Source of the DNA: Elusimicrobiota bacterium
Lineage (GTDB): Bacteria > Elusimicrobiota > Elusimicrobia > F11
Reading direction: 5' to 3'
Length of the DNA stretch: 64,000 bases
Assembly (NCBI GenBank): GCA_044221725.1
Contig: JBGAON010000001.1
Coordinates: 576,001-640,000, forward strand
Position numbers and translations under genes: made by a program. The notes beneath the pieces are model-generated. The model saw nothing but the letters and a program-made list of their open reading frames with translations, had not been told where the DNA came from and ran no database searches. Each line of letters starts with the position of its first letter. The first letter of the stretch is position 1. Shown here piece after piece: positions 9,226-18,656 of this stretch.

Positions 9226-12200
9226 TTAATTTACGATCACAAATTTCTTTTTGGTGACCGGCGAGCCATCTCCGAGATCCATCGTCGCGACGTACACGCC
9301 ACTGGAATACGCGCTGCGGTCCAACTGTTCCGTGTTCGGTCCGCTCGGGCGATCGCCTCGGACCTCACTGATCATGACACCGTCGCTGTTATAGATTCGG
9401 ATATGCACGTTTGATGGCTGCCGAAGTTCGTAGCTGATTTTAGGTGCGTCACCGGGCGCAAACAGTGTCTTGCCGCCCCCCGGGGCTCTTATCTCTTTCG
9501 GGCCTCCAGCTCCTGCGCGACCGACGGAAATTTCCACATCGTCCTGGCCCTGCAAAGAGCCATCCGAGGCGCTCAAGCGCAGTCGGTAAAGTCCTTCGCG
9601 GCCCAAATACACCGAGGTGTTCAACAAATGGGAATCGGTGAACTGAACGGGTGTCGGTCCACTGATAAAACTCCACTCGTAGGTCAGTTGTCCGTTCGGC
9701 AGTCCGTCGTCGGTCACCGTGCCCGCCAAGGTTGCGTATCCGGGTCCCGGAAGGTGTTGGTCCGGCCCCGCGTCGACGATCGGCGCACTGTTCGTTTTGG
9801 GAGTCGGCGCGGCTACGACGGTAACGATGATGTCGTCCGAACCGGTAAGTGCTCCATCCGTGTAAGTGGCACGCAGTTTGTAGACGCCTGGTTCGGTGAA
9901 CGAGGCGTTTTTACCGTCTTCGCTGAATTGAACTTTCGAGGCATCGCCCATCACGACACTCCATCCAACCCAACTCACTTGGTGCGGCGGATTGGGGAAG
10001 CCGTCGTCGGTAACATCCTTAACGACGAGATACGCTTGTGCGGGCAATTCAACAGTTTGTTCGTGCGTGGCGAGCGTGACAACCGGCGGCTGATTTGTAT
10101 GCGCCGCTGGATTGACAATGACAAACACCTCATCCATGGTCGCACTGTTCGTTGGATCGGTGTCAAGGTCCGTTGCGTACAGCCGGAAATGATATTCGCC
10201 CGTTGTAAGATTCGTTATCGACGGATGAAGAACAGTCGGGTCGCTAATCGTCGCTTTTTGTGTCCCCACGGTTTGAATCCATCGCAGCGCCATGCGCCCC
10301 GGAGGATTCGGCAATCCGTCGTCTTCGGCGGTGGAATCGCTAAACTGAAGGGGATCTCCGAGTGTAATGGTCTTATCCGCGCCAGCGTAAATGCGGGGGG
10401 CGTGATTAATATCGCGCACGGTCACGTTCGTGTCCGCGGACGCGGAAAGGTCGGAATCGGTGCACGTCAATCGCAGCACGTAATTTCCGATTTCGGAAAA
10501 TGTCGCTGATATCTTTTGGAATTCGCCAGACTGAGGGTCTGTCAACGTGACATTGCCGGGTCCGCTTTGTTTTGCCCACGTGCACGTAACTCGCGCCGGG
10601 GGATTCGGTAAGCCGTCGTCTTGCGCATAACCGGAAATCATTTCGAGCTGGTGAACCGTCGCAATCACCGGCTGGCTGCCATAGACGTGAGGCGGTTGAT
10701 TGTCAACCGGCGCCGGTGGAGGAAGTTCAACGTCGACCACGAGCATGGCATTGTTTACGAGTTGGGAATCGTTACCGGTCAAGAACAACGTGTAACGACC
10801 ACCGACCGGGAATTTTGCGCGTGTTCTCGGATCATCGGCATTTTCAAAGATTGTTTGTGCCGGCCCGTCGTTTTGACGCCAGTGTGCGGTGACGACACCC
10901 GGAGGGTTTGGCAAGCCGTCATCCGTTACGGACCCTTGCAGTTGCGTCCACTCGTCTCTGTGGGTGCGAATTGCTGGACCCGCATTTACAACGGGAGGTT
11001 GATTTGCCGGAGGAATTGGTCCTTGTGGCTCGACGGTAACGGTGACATCGTCTGTGGCGGTGCCGGTTCTGTTTGTTGCCGCGAGGCGTATCGTGTACGT
11101 GCCAGGCGTTGTGAACCGTGCGGTTGTCTGAAGCGCGTAATAGTCGCCGAAAGTAATTTCTCCCGGACCGTTTACTTTGGACCAATATTGACTGCTTGCG
11201 TTCGTTGCTTGTCCGTTTAGATTCGCTTGTTGGGGAAGCGTAATCGATTGGTCGGGCCCCGCATTGACCGTGGGGGCTGGGGGCAGAACTTCGACGGTGA
11301 CATTTTTGTAAGAGGTCAATTCGCCATCGTAGCCCATTAACTGAAGCACGTAATTTCCGGCGGCTGAAAAAGTTGCTTGGGTTTGTCCTTCCGTTGGATC
11401 AAAAAACACGACATTGCCCGGCCCATCTTGCTTGGACCAACTCCAGGAAGGCTTTCCAGGGACAACAGGGATTCCGTCGTCAGCCACTGTATAGGCAATC
11501 ACGGCCGGGCTATTGAAAGCCACTGTTTGAACAGCGGGAGAAGCCGTTATTTGAGGAGCGCGGTTGTTCGGAGATGAAAAAGTTACCTCAACATCGTCCG
11601 TGGTGGTCAGTAATCCGTCGGTGGCTGTGAGACGTAAAACATAAACGCCCGCGTTATCGGAATCAATGAGCGTCGATAGCGAATTCGCATTTCGAATTGT
11701 GACACGACCGGGCCCACTTATTTTGGTCCATGTGATTGTTAAGGGCCCAGGAATTCCATCGTCGGTTGCTGTCCCTTCAAGCTGAACTGTTGTGGGGTAC
11801 GTAACATTCCGATCCGGGCCTGCGTTTACGACGGGCGCCTTGTTTGGCGAAACCGTCACCGCGACGTTATCGGTTACGAGACGGTTCCCGACGGGATCCC
11901 ATCCGCGGATCTCGAGCATATACGTTCCTTCCATCGAAAAGGTCGCGGTTGTATCGAGCGCCTGACTATTGGCCCAACTGACGGAGCCTGGCCCGCTTGT
12001 TTTGTACCAACCAACGTTCGAAATCCGACCCGCTGCGGTTGCGTGCAGAGATGCGTTTGTCGGGTAGATAATGGATAGGTCCGGGCCTGCGTCGATCATA
12101 CTTTTGATGGTGACCGTCGTGTCATCGGATGCGGTTGCCGCGCCATCGTCAGCGGTAAGACGCAATTGATAGGTTCCGACAACAGGAAAAGAGGCGGCGG

Positions 12201-13611
12201 TGTCGACCGCGTTCGCGTTCGTGAACGAAACCGCTGCGGGCCCGCTCACCTGTGTCCACGTTGTTGTAACCGCTCCCGGCGGGCTGGGGAATCCATCATC
12301 GGTGACGGTTCCATTTAAATTGAGCCGGTCGTTTGGAAAGCCCGTCTGATCGGGACCAGCATCGACGGACGGTGGGGCGTTGGCCGAAATCATCACCGTG
12401 TCTTCGCTCGAAACCAAGCCGTCGCTTGCGGTGAGTTTTAACCAATACGTGCCACCGACCGTGAAATGGACGGACGTTGCAGCCGAGTGCGGATCATCAA
12501 ATGTGACGGATCCCGAAAGAGGTCCGCTGAGTTTGCTCCACGTCACTGTCAACGTCGGTGGGAGCGGCAATCCGTCATCCGTCGCGGTTCCGTTTAATAC
12601 GGCGGCGCCCGGCATGTTGATCTTCTGATCTTCGCCTGCGTTGACAACCGGGTACGAATTGCTTCGGATGAGCAGGTCATCGGTCCCGCTAAGTTGTCCG
12701 TCGTTTGCATCCAGCATCAACCTATAGGTTCCTGGAAACGAAAACGTCACTGTGGTGCGCGCCGAATGCGGGTCCGCAAATGTTGCCACGCCCGGTCCTT
12801 CAAGTTGGATCCACGTATAAGTCAATTTGCCAGGCACCGCGGGTTCTCCATCATCGGTGGCGGAGCCCGTTAACGTCACCGCATCACGATAATTGTTGAT
12901 CATTTGATCGGCACCCGCATTCACGAGCGGGCGACGGTTCTCTTCGGGCGGATAGTTCACGTCAAAATTTACGGTGTCTGACACTGTGGAAATTTGGTCG
13001 GTTGCGGTGAGTTTCAAAACGTAATGGCCGTTGCCGGAGAACGCCACGTTGGTCTCAACATCTTGTGCATTCGCAAATGCAACGTCCCCTGGTCCACTTT
13101 CGAGAGACCAACTCCAGCTGAACGACGGGTTCGGAATGATTTCATCAAACACCGATCCCTGCAGCCGAGCATGATCGGAAGAGATGGATTGGTCGGGACC
13201 AGCGTCCACAAATGGCGGCTTGTTTACGAGTGGGACCTCCCAATAGGTTTGAACTCCCGACTCGGTGAGGTGGCCTTGGGCATCCCTTGATTTGACGATA
13301 TACGAGCCAGATGCCCAGCGTTGAACAATAGTGGCAGGAATTATGTCCCCGTGGTGATAAGCCATTTGGGGCTTGAGTGGCGTATTTAGCCAGCCATTAT
13401 AAAAAGTAAGGTAGCTGCTTTGCGAATCGGCAGGAACATTGGTGTCCCACCACAGGTAAACCGCGTCCATCCCATAATATTTTCCGACTTCGTAATGAAC
13501 ATTTGAAATTATAGGTCCGTCGGCGTGCGCGAGAGTTAGCGAAAAAATGGAAGTCGCAATCAAGCCCCATAATTTGCCGCGATTTCTCAGCGTAGATTTT
13601 CCAGTATTCAT
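9226..13611 (-). CDS. Secreted surface protein with about 13 PKD-like repeats and a C-terminal FlgD-Ig/T9SS-sorting-like domain; paralog of 756-4931
   Basis: Signal peptide ending AHA; same repeat consensus as 756-4931; C-terminus YSSGVYVATM...KKKFVIVN. Confidence 0.85.
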   Translation of the reverse strand: MNTGKSTLRNRGKLWGLIATSIFSLTLAHADGPIISNVHYEVGKYYGMDAVYLWWDTNVPADSQSSYLTFYNGWLNTPLKPQMAYHHGDIIPATIVQRWASGSYIVKSRDAQGHLTESGVQTYWEVPLVNKPPFVDAGPDQSISSDHARLQGSVFDEIIPNPSFSWSWSLESGPGDVAFANAQDVETNVAFSGNGHYVLKLTATDQISTVSDTVNFDVNYPPEENRRPLVNAGADQMINNYRDAVTLTGSATDDGEPAVPGKLTYTWIQLEGPGVATFADPHSARTTVTFSFPGTYRLMLDANDGQLSGTDDLLIRSNSYPVVNAGEDQKINMPGAAVLNGTATDDGLPLPPTLTVTWSKLSGPLSGSVTFDDPHSAATSVHFTVGGTYWLKLTASDGLVSSEDTVMISANAPPSVDAGPDQTGFPNDRLNLNGTVTDDGFPSPPGAVTTTWTQVSGPAAVSFTNANAVDTAASFPVVGTYQLRLTADDGAATASDDTTVTIKSMIDAGPDLSIIYPTNASLHATAAGRISNVGWYKTSGPGSVSWANSQALDTTATFSMEGTYMLEIRGWDPVGNRLVTDNVAVTVSPNKAPVVNAGPDRNVTYPTTVQLEGTATDDGIPGPLTITWTKISGPGRVTIRNANSLSTLIDSDNAGVYVLRLTATDGLLTTTDDVEVTFSSPNNRAPQITASPAVQTVAFNSPAVIAYTVADDGIPVVPGKPSWSWSKQDGPGNVVFFDPTEGQTQATFSAAGNYVLQLMGYDGELTSYKNVTVEVLPPAPTVNAGPDQSITLPQQANLNGQATNASSQYWSKVNGPGEITFGDYYALQTTARFTTPGTYTIRLAATNRTGTATDDVTVTVEPQGPIPPANQPPVVNAGPAIRTHRDEWTQLQGSVTDDGLPNPPGVVTAHWRQNDGPAQTIFENADDPRTRAKFPVGGRYTLFLTGNDSQLVNNAMLVVDVELPPPAPVDNQPPHVYGSQPVIATVHQLEMISGYAQDDGLPNPPARVTCTWAKQSGPGNVTLTDPQSGEFQKISATFSEIGNYVLRLTCTDSDLSASADTNVTVRDINHAPRIYAGADKTITLGDPLQFSDSTAEDDGLPNPPGRMALRWIQTVGTQKATISDPTVLHPSITNLTTGEYHFRLYATDLDTDPTNSATMDEVFVIVNPAAHTNQPPVVTLATHEQTVELPAQAYLVVKDVTDDGFPNPPHQVSWVGWSVVMGDASKVQFSEDGKNASFTEPGVYKLRATYTDGALTGSDDIIVTVVAAPTPKTNSAPIVDAGPDQHLPGPGYATLAGTVTDDGLPNGQLTYEWSFISGPTPVQFTDSHLLNTSVYLGREGLYRLRLSASDGSLQGQDDVEISVGRAGAGGPKEIRAPGGGKTLFAPGDAPKISYELRQPSNVHIRIYNSDGVMISEVRGDRPSGPNTEQLDRSAYSSGVYVATMDLGDGSPVTKKKFVIVN

Positions 13612-13631
13612 CGGTTCCCCCGGTCACAATC

Positions 13632-13704
13632 TGTAAACGTCTTGTAACAGAGTAGCTTCTGCGCAGAGAAGATCGCATTAAGGGCGGATTAAAAATCGAC
13701 GAAG
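13632..13704 (-). promoter_or_regulatory. Conserved bipartite upstream element, copy 2
   Basis: Matches 4952-5024. Confidence 0.7.
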
Positions 13705-13801
13705 TTTAAGGTTTACGACGGGAGAGTGTCGTCTGTGCTTCGACTGGGTAGACCGTAAAACTGCTTGGATAGATGTAAAAAATGCGGCATTATTTGCATC
13801 T

Positions 13802-14953
13802 ATGTTGACACGTCAACTCGCTATTCCGAAAGACTCCTTCTTTTTGTTGGGTCCACGGGGAACCGGTAAGAGCACATTATTAAGACATTGGTTTCCCAAT
13901 GCGCTTTGGTTTGATCTGTTGAGCCAGCAAGAAGTTTTTAATTTGCTTCGGTCTCCTTCCTACTTCTCCGATGCTGTGCAGGCACAACCAAAAGGAACGT
14001 GGATCGTGGTTGATGAGATTCAGAAAATTCCTTCGTTATTGGACGAAGTCCACCGTCTTATCGAAACCAAACGCTACCGGTTTGCTCTTTCGGGATCGAG
14101 CGCTCGTAAATTGAAAAGAGGTGGGGCCAATATGCTGGCAGGGCGAGCGTTGGTTTACCACTTGCATCCTCTGACGTGGACCGAACTAAACGGAGGATCG
14201 ACTATTTCCAATGTGCTGCAATATGGGACGTTGCCGCGAATAATTCTCGAAAAAGATTACTCGCTAAGACACGAACGGTTGCGCGCTTATGTCGGAACCT
14301 ATTTGTCCGAGGAAATAAAAGCCGAAGCTGTCACACGCAACCTCGAATCGTTCCACCGTTTTCTCTCGGTTGCCTCATTAGCAAACGGGCAGGTAACGAA
14401 CTTATCGAACATTTCGAGAGACGCTGGAATTTCCAGATCGACGATCACTTCCTACTTCAGCATTCTTGAGGATACGCTGCTCGGCTCTTTCCTGCCCTCG
14501 TGGCAACCGCGCATGCGAATGAAGGAGGTCAACCATCCGAAATTTTATCTCTTCGATTGCGGCATTTTTCGAGCGTTAACGGATCGCGTGGATGAAAAGC
14601 CGACGCCCGAGGAAAGAGGCGTCTTGCTTGAGACACTCGTTTTTCACGAACTGAAGGCCCGCCTGGATTATGGCCGGGGCGGCGGAAGCCTGCATTACTG
14701 GCGTACACACGACGGAGTGGAAGTTGATTTTGTCTGGAAGAAAGGCAACAAACTTGTCGCCATTGAAGTGAAAGCGGCCGACGTGTGGAAGCCGGGTTTT
14801 GGAAAGGGGCTCTTAACGTTTCGGGAAAACAACAAGGCAACCACGTGTGTGGGCGTTTATCTTGGAACGAAAAAACTGGCACAGAAATTTGGTGTGGTTT
14901 ACCCTTTCGAGCAATTTGCTTCGCACCTTCGCTCGGGCACGCTTATTAAATAG
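13802..14953 (+). CDS. AAA_14 ATPase with C-terminal DUF4143 domain
   Basis: Walker A GPRGTGKS, Walker B VVDEIQ, SGSSA, PKFYLFDCG, YWRT..G.EVDFV...AIEVK. Confidence 0.85.
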   Translation: MLTRQLAIPKDSFFLLGPRGTGKSTLLRHWFPNALWFDLLSQQEVFNLLRSPSYFSDAVQAQPKGTWIVVDEIQKIPSLLDEVHRLIETKRYRFALSGSSARKLKRGGANMLAGRALVYHLHPLTWTELNGGSTISNVLQYGTLPRIILEKDYSLRHERLRAYVGTYLSEEIKAEAVTRNLESFHRFLSVASLANGQVTNLSNISRDAGISRSTITSYFSILEDTLLGSFLPSWQPRMRMKEVNHPKFYLFDCGIFRALTDRVDEKPTPEERGVLLETLVFHELKARLDYGRGGGSLHYWRTHDGVEVDFVWKKGNKLVAIEVKAADVWKPGFGKGLLTFRENNKATTCVGVYLGTKKLAQKFGVVYPFEQFASHLRSGTLIK

Positions 14954-14960
14954 ATCGATT

Positions 14961-15179
14961 TTACGATCGGGTTGTTTCGTGGCCTGACGCGTCGATGACG
15001 GGGGTGCCTTCCAATGAGGCGGCCGACTTTGATTTGTCGACGTATTTGAGAGGATCGTTTATGAAAGCTTGCTGACAAACATCGCTGCAGAAATAAAAAT
15101 CGCGGTCGCCATAGGTGGCTTTCAGCGCGTTATTTGGATTGACGCTCATGCCGCAAACGGGATCTTTTACGTTTTCCAT
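14961..15179 (-). CDS. YHS-domain metal-binding protein
   Basis: KDPVCGMSV...YFCSDVC...F..DP.KY. Confidence 0.85.
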   Translation of the reverse strand: MENVKDPVCGMSVNPNNALKATYGDRDFYFCSDVCQQAFINDPLKYVDKSKSAASLEGTPVIDASGHETTRS

Positions 15180-15183
15180 TTTT

Positions 15184-15372
15184 CTACTTTTTGTTGTGCA
15201 AGCTGGTGGTTCCGGAGCTGTAGCCCGGAGACTGGTCGAGATAACGGAACGGATTTGCGAAAAAGCGTTCTTGGCAGATCTCGCAACAAAACGAATACAT
15301 TCGGTCTCCGTATTGTCGGCTTATTACCTTCTTATTATTTAGTTCGTTTCTGCACACCAGATCGTAAACCAT
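15184..15372 (-). CDS. YHS/TRASH-like small protein
   Basis: DLVC...YSFCCEIC...F.ANP.RY; in tandem with the YHS gene; purine-rich RBS upstream. Confidence 0.65.
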   Translation of the reverse strand: MVYDLVCRNELNNKKVISRQYGDRMYSFCCEICQERFFANPFRYLDQSPGYSSGTTSLHNKK

Positions 15373-15479
15373 ATTTCTTCCCTTTTCGTTAAGTTTTGCG
15401 GCGAGCTATATTTCATACGCGCAAGTTCCGAAAAAGTGCGAGCGTCGATCGCCGTCGAGGAATTTTGTAGATTGCCGCT

Positions 15480-18215
15480 ATGGATTCTTACCGATCGAAA
15501 TCATTATTGAATTTGAAAAATCAAGCCGTTTCGTTTTTTGACTTAAACGCGCTCAAACGGGCCAACGTTGGCCACATCGAAAAACTTCCGTTCACGATAA
15601 AAATTCTGCTCGAGAATCTTTTGCGGCAAGAAGACGGCGCGAATGTCACCAAAGACGATATTGCGGCGGTCGCATCGTGGGATCCCGCCAAAGCGAGCGA
15701 CAAAGAAATTTCGTTTATGCCGGCGCGCGTGATCCTTCAAGACTTTACCGGCGTTCCGTGCGTTGTGGACATGGCGTCCATGCGCGATGCGGTCAAGCAG
15801 ATGGGCGGTGACCCAGAGAAAATAAATCCTTTGCAGCAAGTGGATCTGGTGATCGATCACTCGGTGCAAGTGGACCGGTTTGGAAGCGCGAATGCGTTCG
15901 ATGAGAACGTGAAGATTGAATATCAGCGCAATAGCGAGCGCTATTCGTTCCTTAAGTGGGGGCAGAAGTCGCTGAAGAATTTCCGCGTGGTTCCTCCGGG
16001 CACGGGTATCGTGCATCAGGTGAATTTGGAATATCTCGGTCAAGTGGTTTACTCGCGCGCGGAGAACGGTGCGTCGGTTGTTTTTCCGGATACGGTCATA
16101 GGCACCGACTCGCATACCACGATGATTAATGGCCTCGGGATTGTGGGTTGGGGTGTCGGTGGAATCGAAGCCGAGGCCGCGATGCTTGGCCAGCCAGTGT
16201 CGATGCTTATTCCTGAAGTTGTTGGATTTAAATTGCATGGTCGTTTGCCCGAAGGGGCGACCGCCACGGATCTCGTGCTCGTTGTGACGCAAATGCTGCG
16301 CAAAAAAGGGGTTGTTGGAAAATTTGTGGAGTTTTACGGCAAAGGCCTTTCGAACCTTTCTTTGCCGGACCGCGCCACGCTCGCGAACATGGCGCCGGAA
16401 TACGGAGCGACCGTTGGCTTTTTCCCAGTGGATGAAGAAACACTCTCGTATTTGAAACTCACAGGCCGTTCGGAAGAATCGATCGAGCTTGTGCGCGCAT
16501 ACACAAACGTGCAGGGTCTTTTCCGTACCGATGCTACGCCCGATCCTATTTATTCGGACACGCTCGAGCTTGATCTTTCGTCGGTAAAGCCCAGCGTCGC
16601 TGGCCCGAAGCGTCCGCAGGATCGTGTGAATTTGTCGGATGCAAAGAAATCTTTTGAAGATGCGTTGCCGACTCTGTCGAAGAAGGGCCCTCGCCCTAAC
16701 CCTCCCCCTGAAGGGAGAGGGAATCCTGTTTCTGAAGAAGGTCATCCCCTCTCCCTTCAGGGAGAGGGTGCCCCGCGAAGCGGGGCGGGAGAGGGGTTAT
16801 CCGACGGATCTGTGGTCATTGCTGCGATCACGAGTTGCACGAATACTTCGAACCCCAGCGTTTTGGTTCAAGCGGGACTGCTTGCAAAAAAAGCGTCGGA
16901 CCTCGGGCTCAAAACCAAGCCGTGGGTGAAAACAAGTCTCGCGCCGGGCTCGAAAGTTGTGATCGATTATTTGCAGGAAGCAAAATTGCTCGAGCCGCTG
17001 GAGAAATTGGGATTTTATTGTGTCGGGTACGGATGCACCACGTGCATCGGAAATTCCGGGCCGCTGCCGGATGCCGTTGAGAAACCAATCAAAGAGAACG
17101 ACTTGGTTGTTTCGTCCGTGCTGTCGGGCAATCGAAATTTTGAGGGCCGCATTCATCCGTCGGTGCGCGCGAATTATTTGATGAGTCCGCCGCTCGTGGT
17201 GGCGTACGCGCTGGCCGGCAGTATGAAGATCGATATCACGACCGAGGCCATCGGCCAAAGCAAAGAGGGGAAGCCCGTCTATTTGAAAGATATTTGGCCC
17301 ACGCAGCAGGAAGTTCAGCAAGCGGTGCGCGGTTCCGTGAAGAAAGATTTGTTCGATAAAGAATACGCGAAGGTTTTTGACGGCGACAAATCGTGGCAAG
17401 GCGTGCCGGCTCCGCAGGGAAATCGTTTCGCTTGGGAAGAGAATTCCACGTACGTTCGCCGCGCGGCATTTCTCGAGAACATCCCAAAGACACCAGCGCC
17501 CGTGAAGGACATTAAAGGCGCGCGGGTGTTGGCCTATCTTGGCGACTCGGTCACGACCGATCACATTTCGCCGGCCGGTTCCATTGCCGTCGACAGCCCG
17601 GCCGGCAAATATTTAATTGCCAAGGGCGTTCAGAAGCCGGACTTTAATTCGTACGGCGCCCGTCGCGGTAATCACGAAATAATGATTCGCGGCACGTTCG
17701 CGAACGGCCGAATAAAGAATCAGCTCGTGCCAGGCGTTGAGGGGGGCATCAGCAAGAGATTTCCCGAAGGAACTGTTGCTCCTATTTATGACGTGGCGAT
17801 GGCGTACGCGAAAGAGCACACGCCGCTCGTTGTTTTGGCCGGAAAAGAATACGGCTCCGGCTCATCGCGTGATTGGGCCGCAAAAGGAACGATGATGCTC
17901 GGAGTAAAAGCGGTTATCGCGGAGAGCTATGAGCGTATTCACCGTAGCAACCTCGTAATGATGGGCGTTCTGCCGCTGCAATTGCCAGACGGAAAAAACG
18001 CAGCGTTCTTTGGGCTCACGGGAGAAGAAACATTTGATATTTCGGGTGTCGAGTCGAACTTAACACCGCTAAAGGTGTTGAAAGTCAAAGCCACAGCGCC
18101 GGACAAGTCGGTGAAAGAGTTCAACGTCGTCATGCGCATCGATACGCCCAAAGAAATCGAATACTACCAGCACGGCGGCATTTTGCCGTATGTGCTTAGG
18201 CAAATTTTGAAGTAA
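15480..18215 (+). CDS. acnA: Aconitate hydratase A
   Basis: QDFTGVP, GTDSHT, SCTNTSNP, GCTTCIGNSG, NRNFEGR, TTDHISPAG and GSSRDWAAKG motifs. Confidence 0.97.
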   Translation: MDSYRSKSLLNLKNQAVSFFDLNALKRANVGHIEKLPFTIKILLENLLRQEDGANVTKDDIAAVASWDPAKASDKEISFMPARVILQDFTGVPCVVDMASMRDAVKQMGGDPEKINPLQQVDLVIDHSVQVDRFGSANAFDENVKIEYQRNSERYSFLKWGQKSLKNFRVVPPGTGIVHQVNLEYLGQVVYSRAENGASVVFPDTVIGTDSHTTMINGLGIVGWGVGGIEAEAAMLGQPVSMLIPEVVGFKLHGRLPEGATATDLVLVVTQMLRKKGVVGKFVEFYGKGLSNLSLPDRATLANMAPEYGATVGFFPVDEETLSYLKLTGRSEESIELVRAYTNVQGLFRTDATPDPIYSDTLELDLSSVKPSVAGPKRPQDRVNLSDAKKSFEDALPTLSKKGPRPNPPPEGRGNPVSEEGHPLSLQGEGAPRSGAGEGLSDGSVVIAAITSCTNTSNPSVLVQAGLLAKKASDLGLKTKPWVKTSLAPGSKVVIDYLQEAKLLEPLEKLGFYCVGYGCTTCIGNSGPLPDAVEKPIKENDLVVSSVLSGNRNFEGRIHPSVRANYLMSPPLVVAYALAGSMKIDITTEAIGQSKEGKPVYLKDIWPTQQEVQQAVRGSVKKDLFDKEYAKVFDGDKSWQGVPAPQGNRFAWEENSTYVRRAAFLENIPKTPAPVKDIKGARVLAYLGDSVTTDHISPAGSIAVDSPAGKYLIAKGVQKPDFNSYGARRGNHEIMIRGTFANGRIKNQLVPGVEGGISKRFPEGTVAPIYDVAMAYAKEHTPLVVLAGKEYGSGSSRDWAAKGTMMLGVKAVIAESYERIHRSNLVMMGVLPLQLPDGKNAAFFGLTGEETFDISGVESNLTPLKVLKVKATAPDKSVKEFNVVMRIDTPKEIEYYQHGGILPYVLRQILK
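16688..16796. repeat. Inverted doublet of the CCCTCTCCC-n-GGGAGAGGG repeat, in frame within acnA
   Basis: Copy A at 16688-16724 and copy B at 16744-16796; translated as PRPNPPPEGRGNPVSEEGHPLSLQGEGAPRSGAGEG. Confidence 0.85.
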
Positions 18216-18239
18216 TAAAGCAGAACCCCTCCTCTGATT

Positions 18240-18656
18240 GTATTCCCTCTCCCTTTAGGGAGAGGGTTAGGGAGAGGGAAAGATGCGGCAATTCGCAAAG
18301 AATCTGCGGAAGGATCAAACCGATGCAGAAAATCGACTTTGGTTTTTCCTGCGAAACAAGAGATTGGGCGGACACAAGTTTTATCGCCAGTTTGTTTTTG
18401 GTCCTTATATCGCTGATTTTTGTTGTCGGAGAAAAGGGTTGATCATTGAGCTCGATGGAGGGCACCATGCGGAAGCGAAACTCAAAGATGCGATTCGAAC
18501 AGAATATCTGCGAAGGCGGGGATTTAAGGTTCTCCGGTTTTGGAATAACGAAGTGATGAAGAATGTGGAACTGGTTTTGGAAGTGATTCTGAAAAATCTT
18601 GGTGCTGGGGACTCTTTCCCTCACCCTAACCCTCTCCCTAAAGGGAGAGGGGATAC
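18240..18656. mobile_element. Putative element: DUF559 endonuclease gene between 43-bp inverted repeats
   Basis: 18240-18282 and 18614-18656 are inverted repeats with 2 mismatches; mobility is inferred only. Confidence 0.6.

Noticed and set aside
756..13611. Repetitive region as a CRISPR array or DGR
   Set aside because: The repeats are diverged protein-domain repeats; there is no repeat-spacer pattern, cas gene or reverse transcriptase.
13802..14953. AAA/DUF4143 ATPase as a defence system
   Set aside because: Common stand-alone family with no partner genes here.
15543..17564. Long antisense ORFs over acnA (similar ones over argS, mfd and the GldA-like gene)
   Set aside because: Shadow frames of well-supported genes, with no recognisable motifs.
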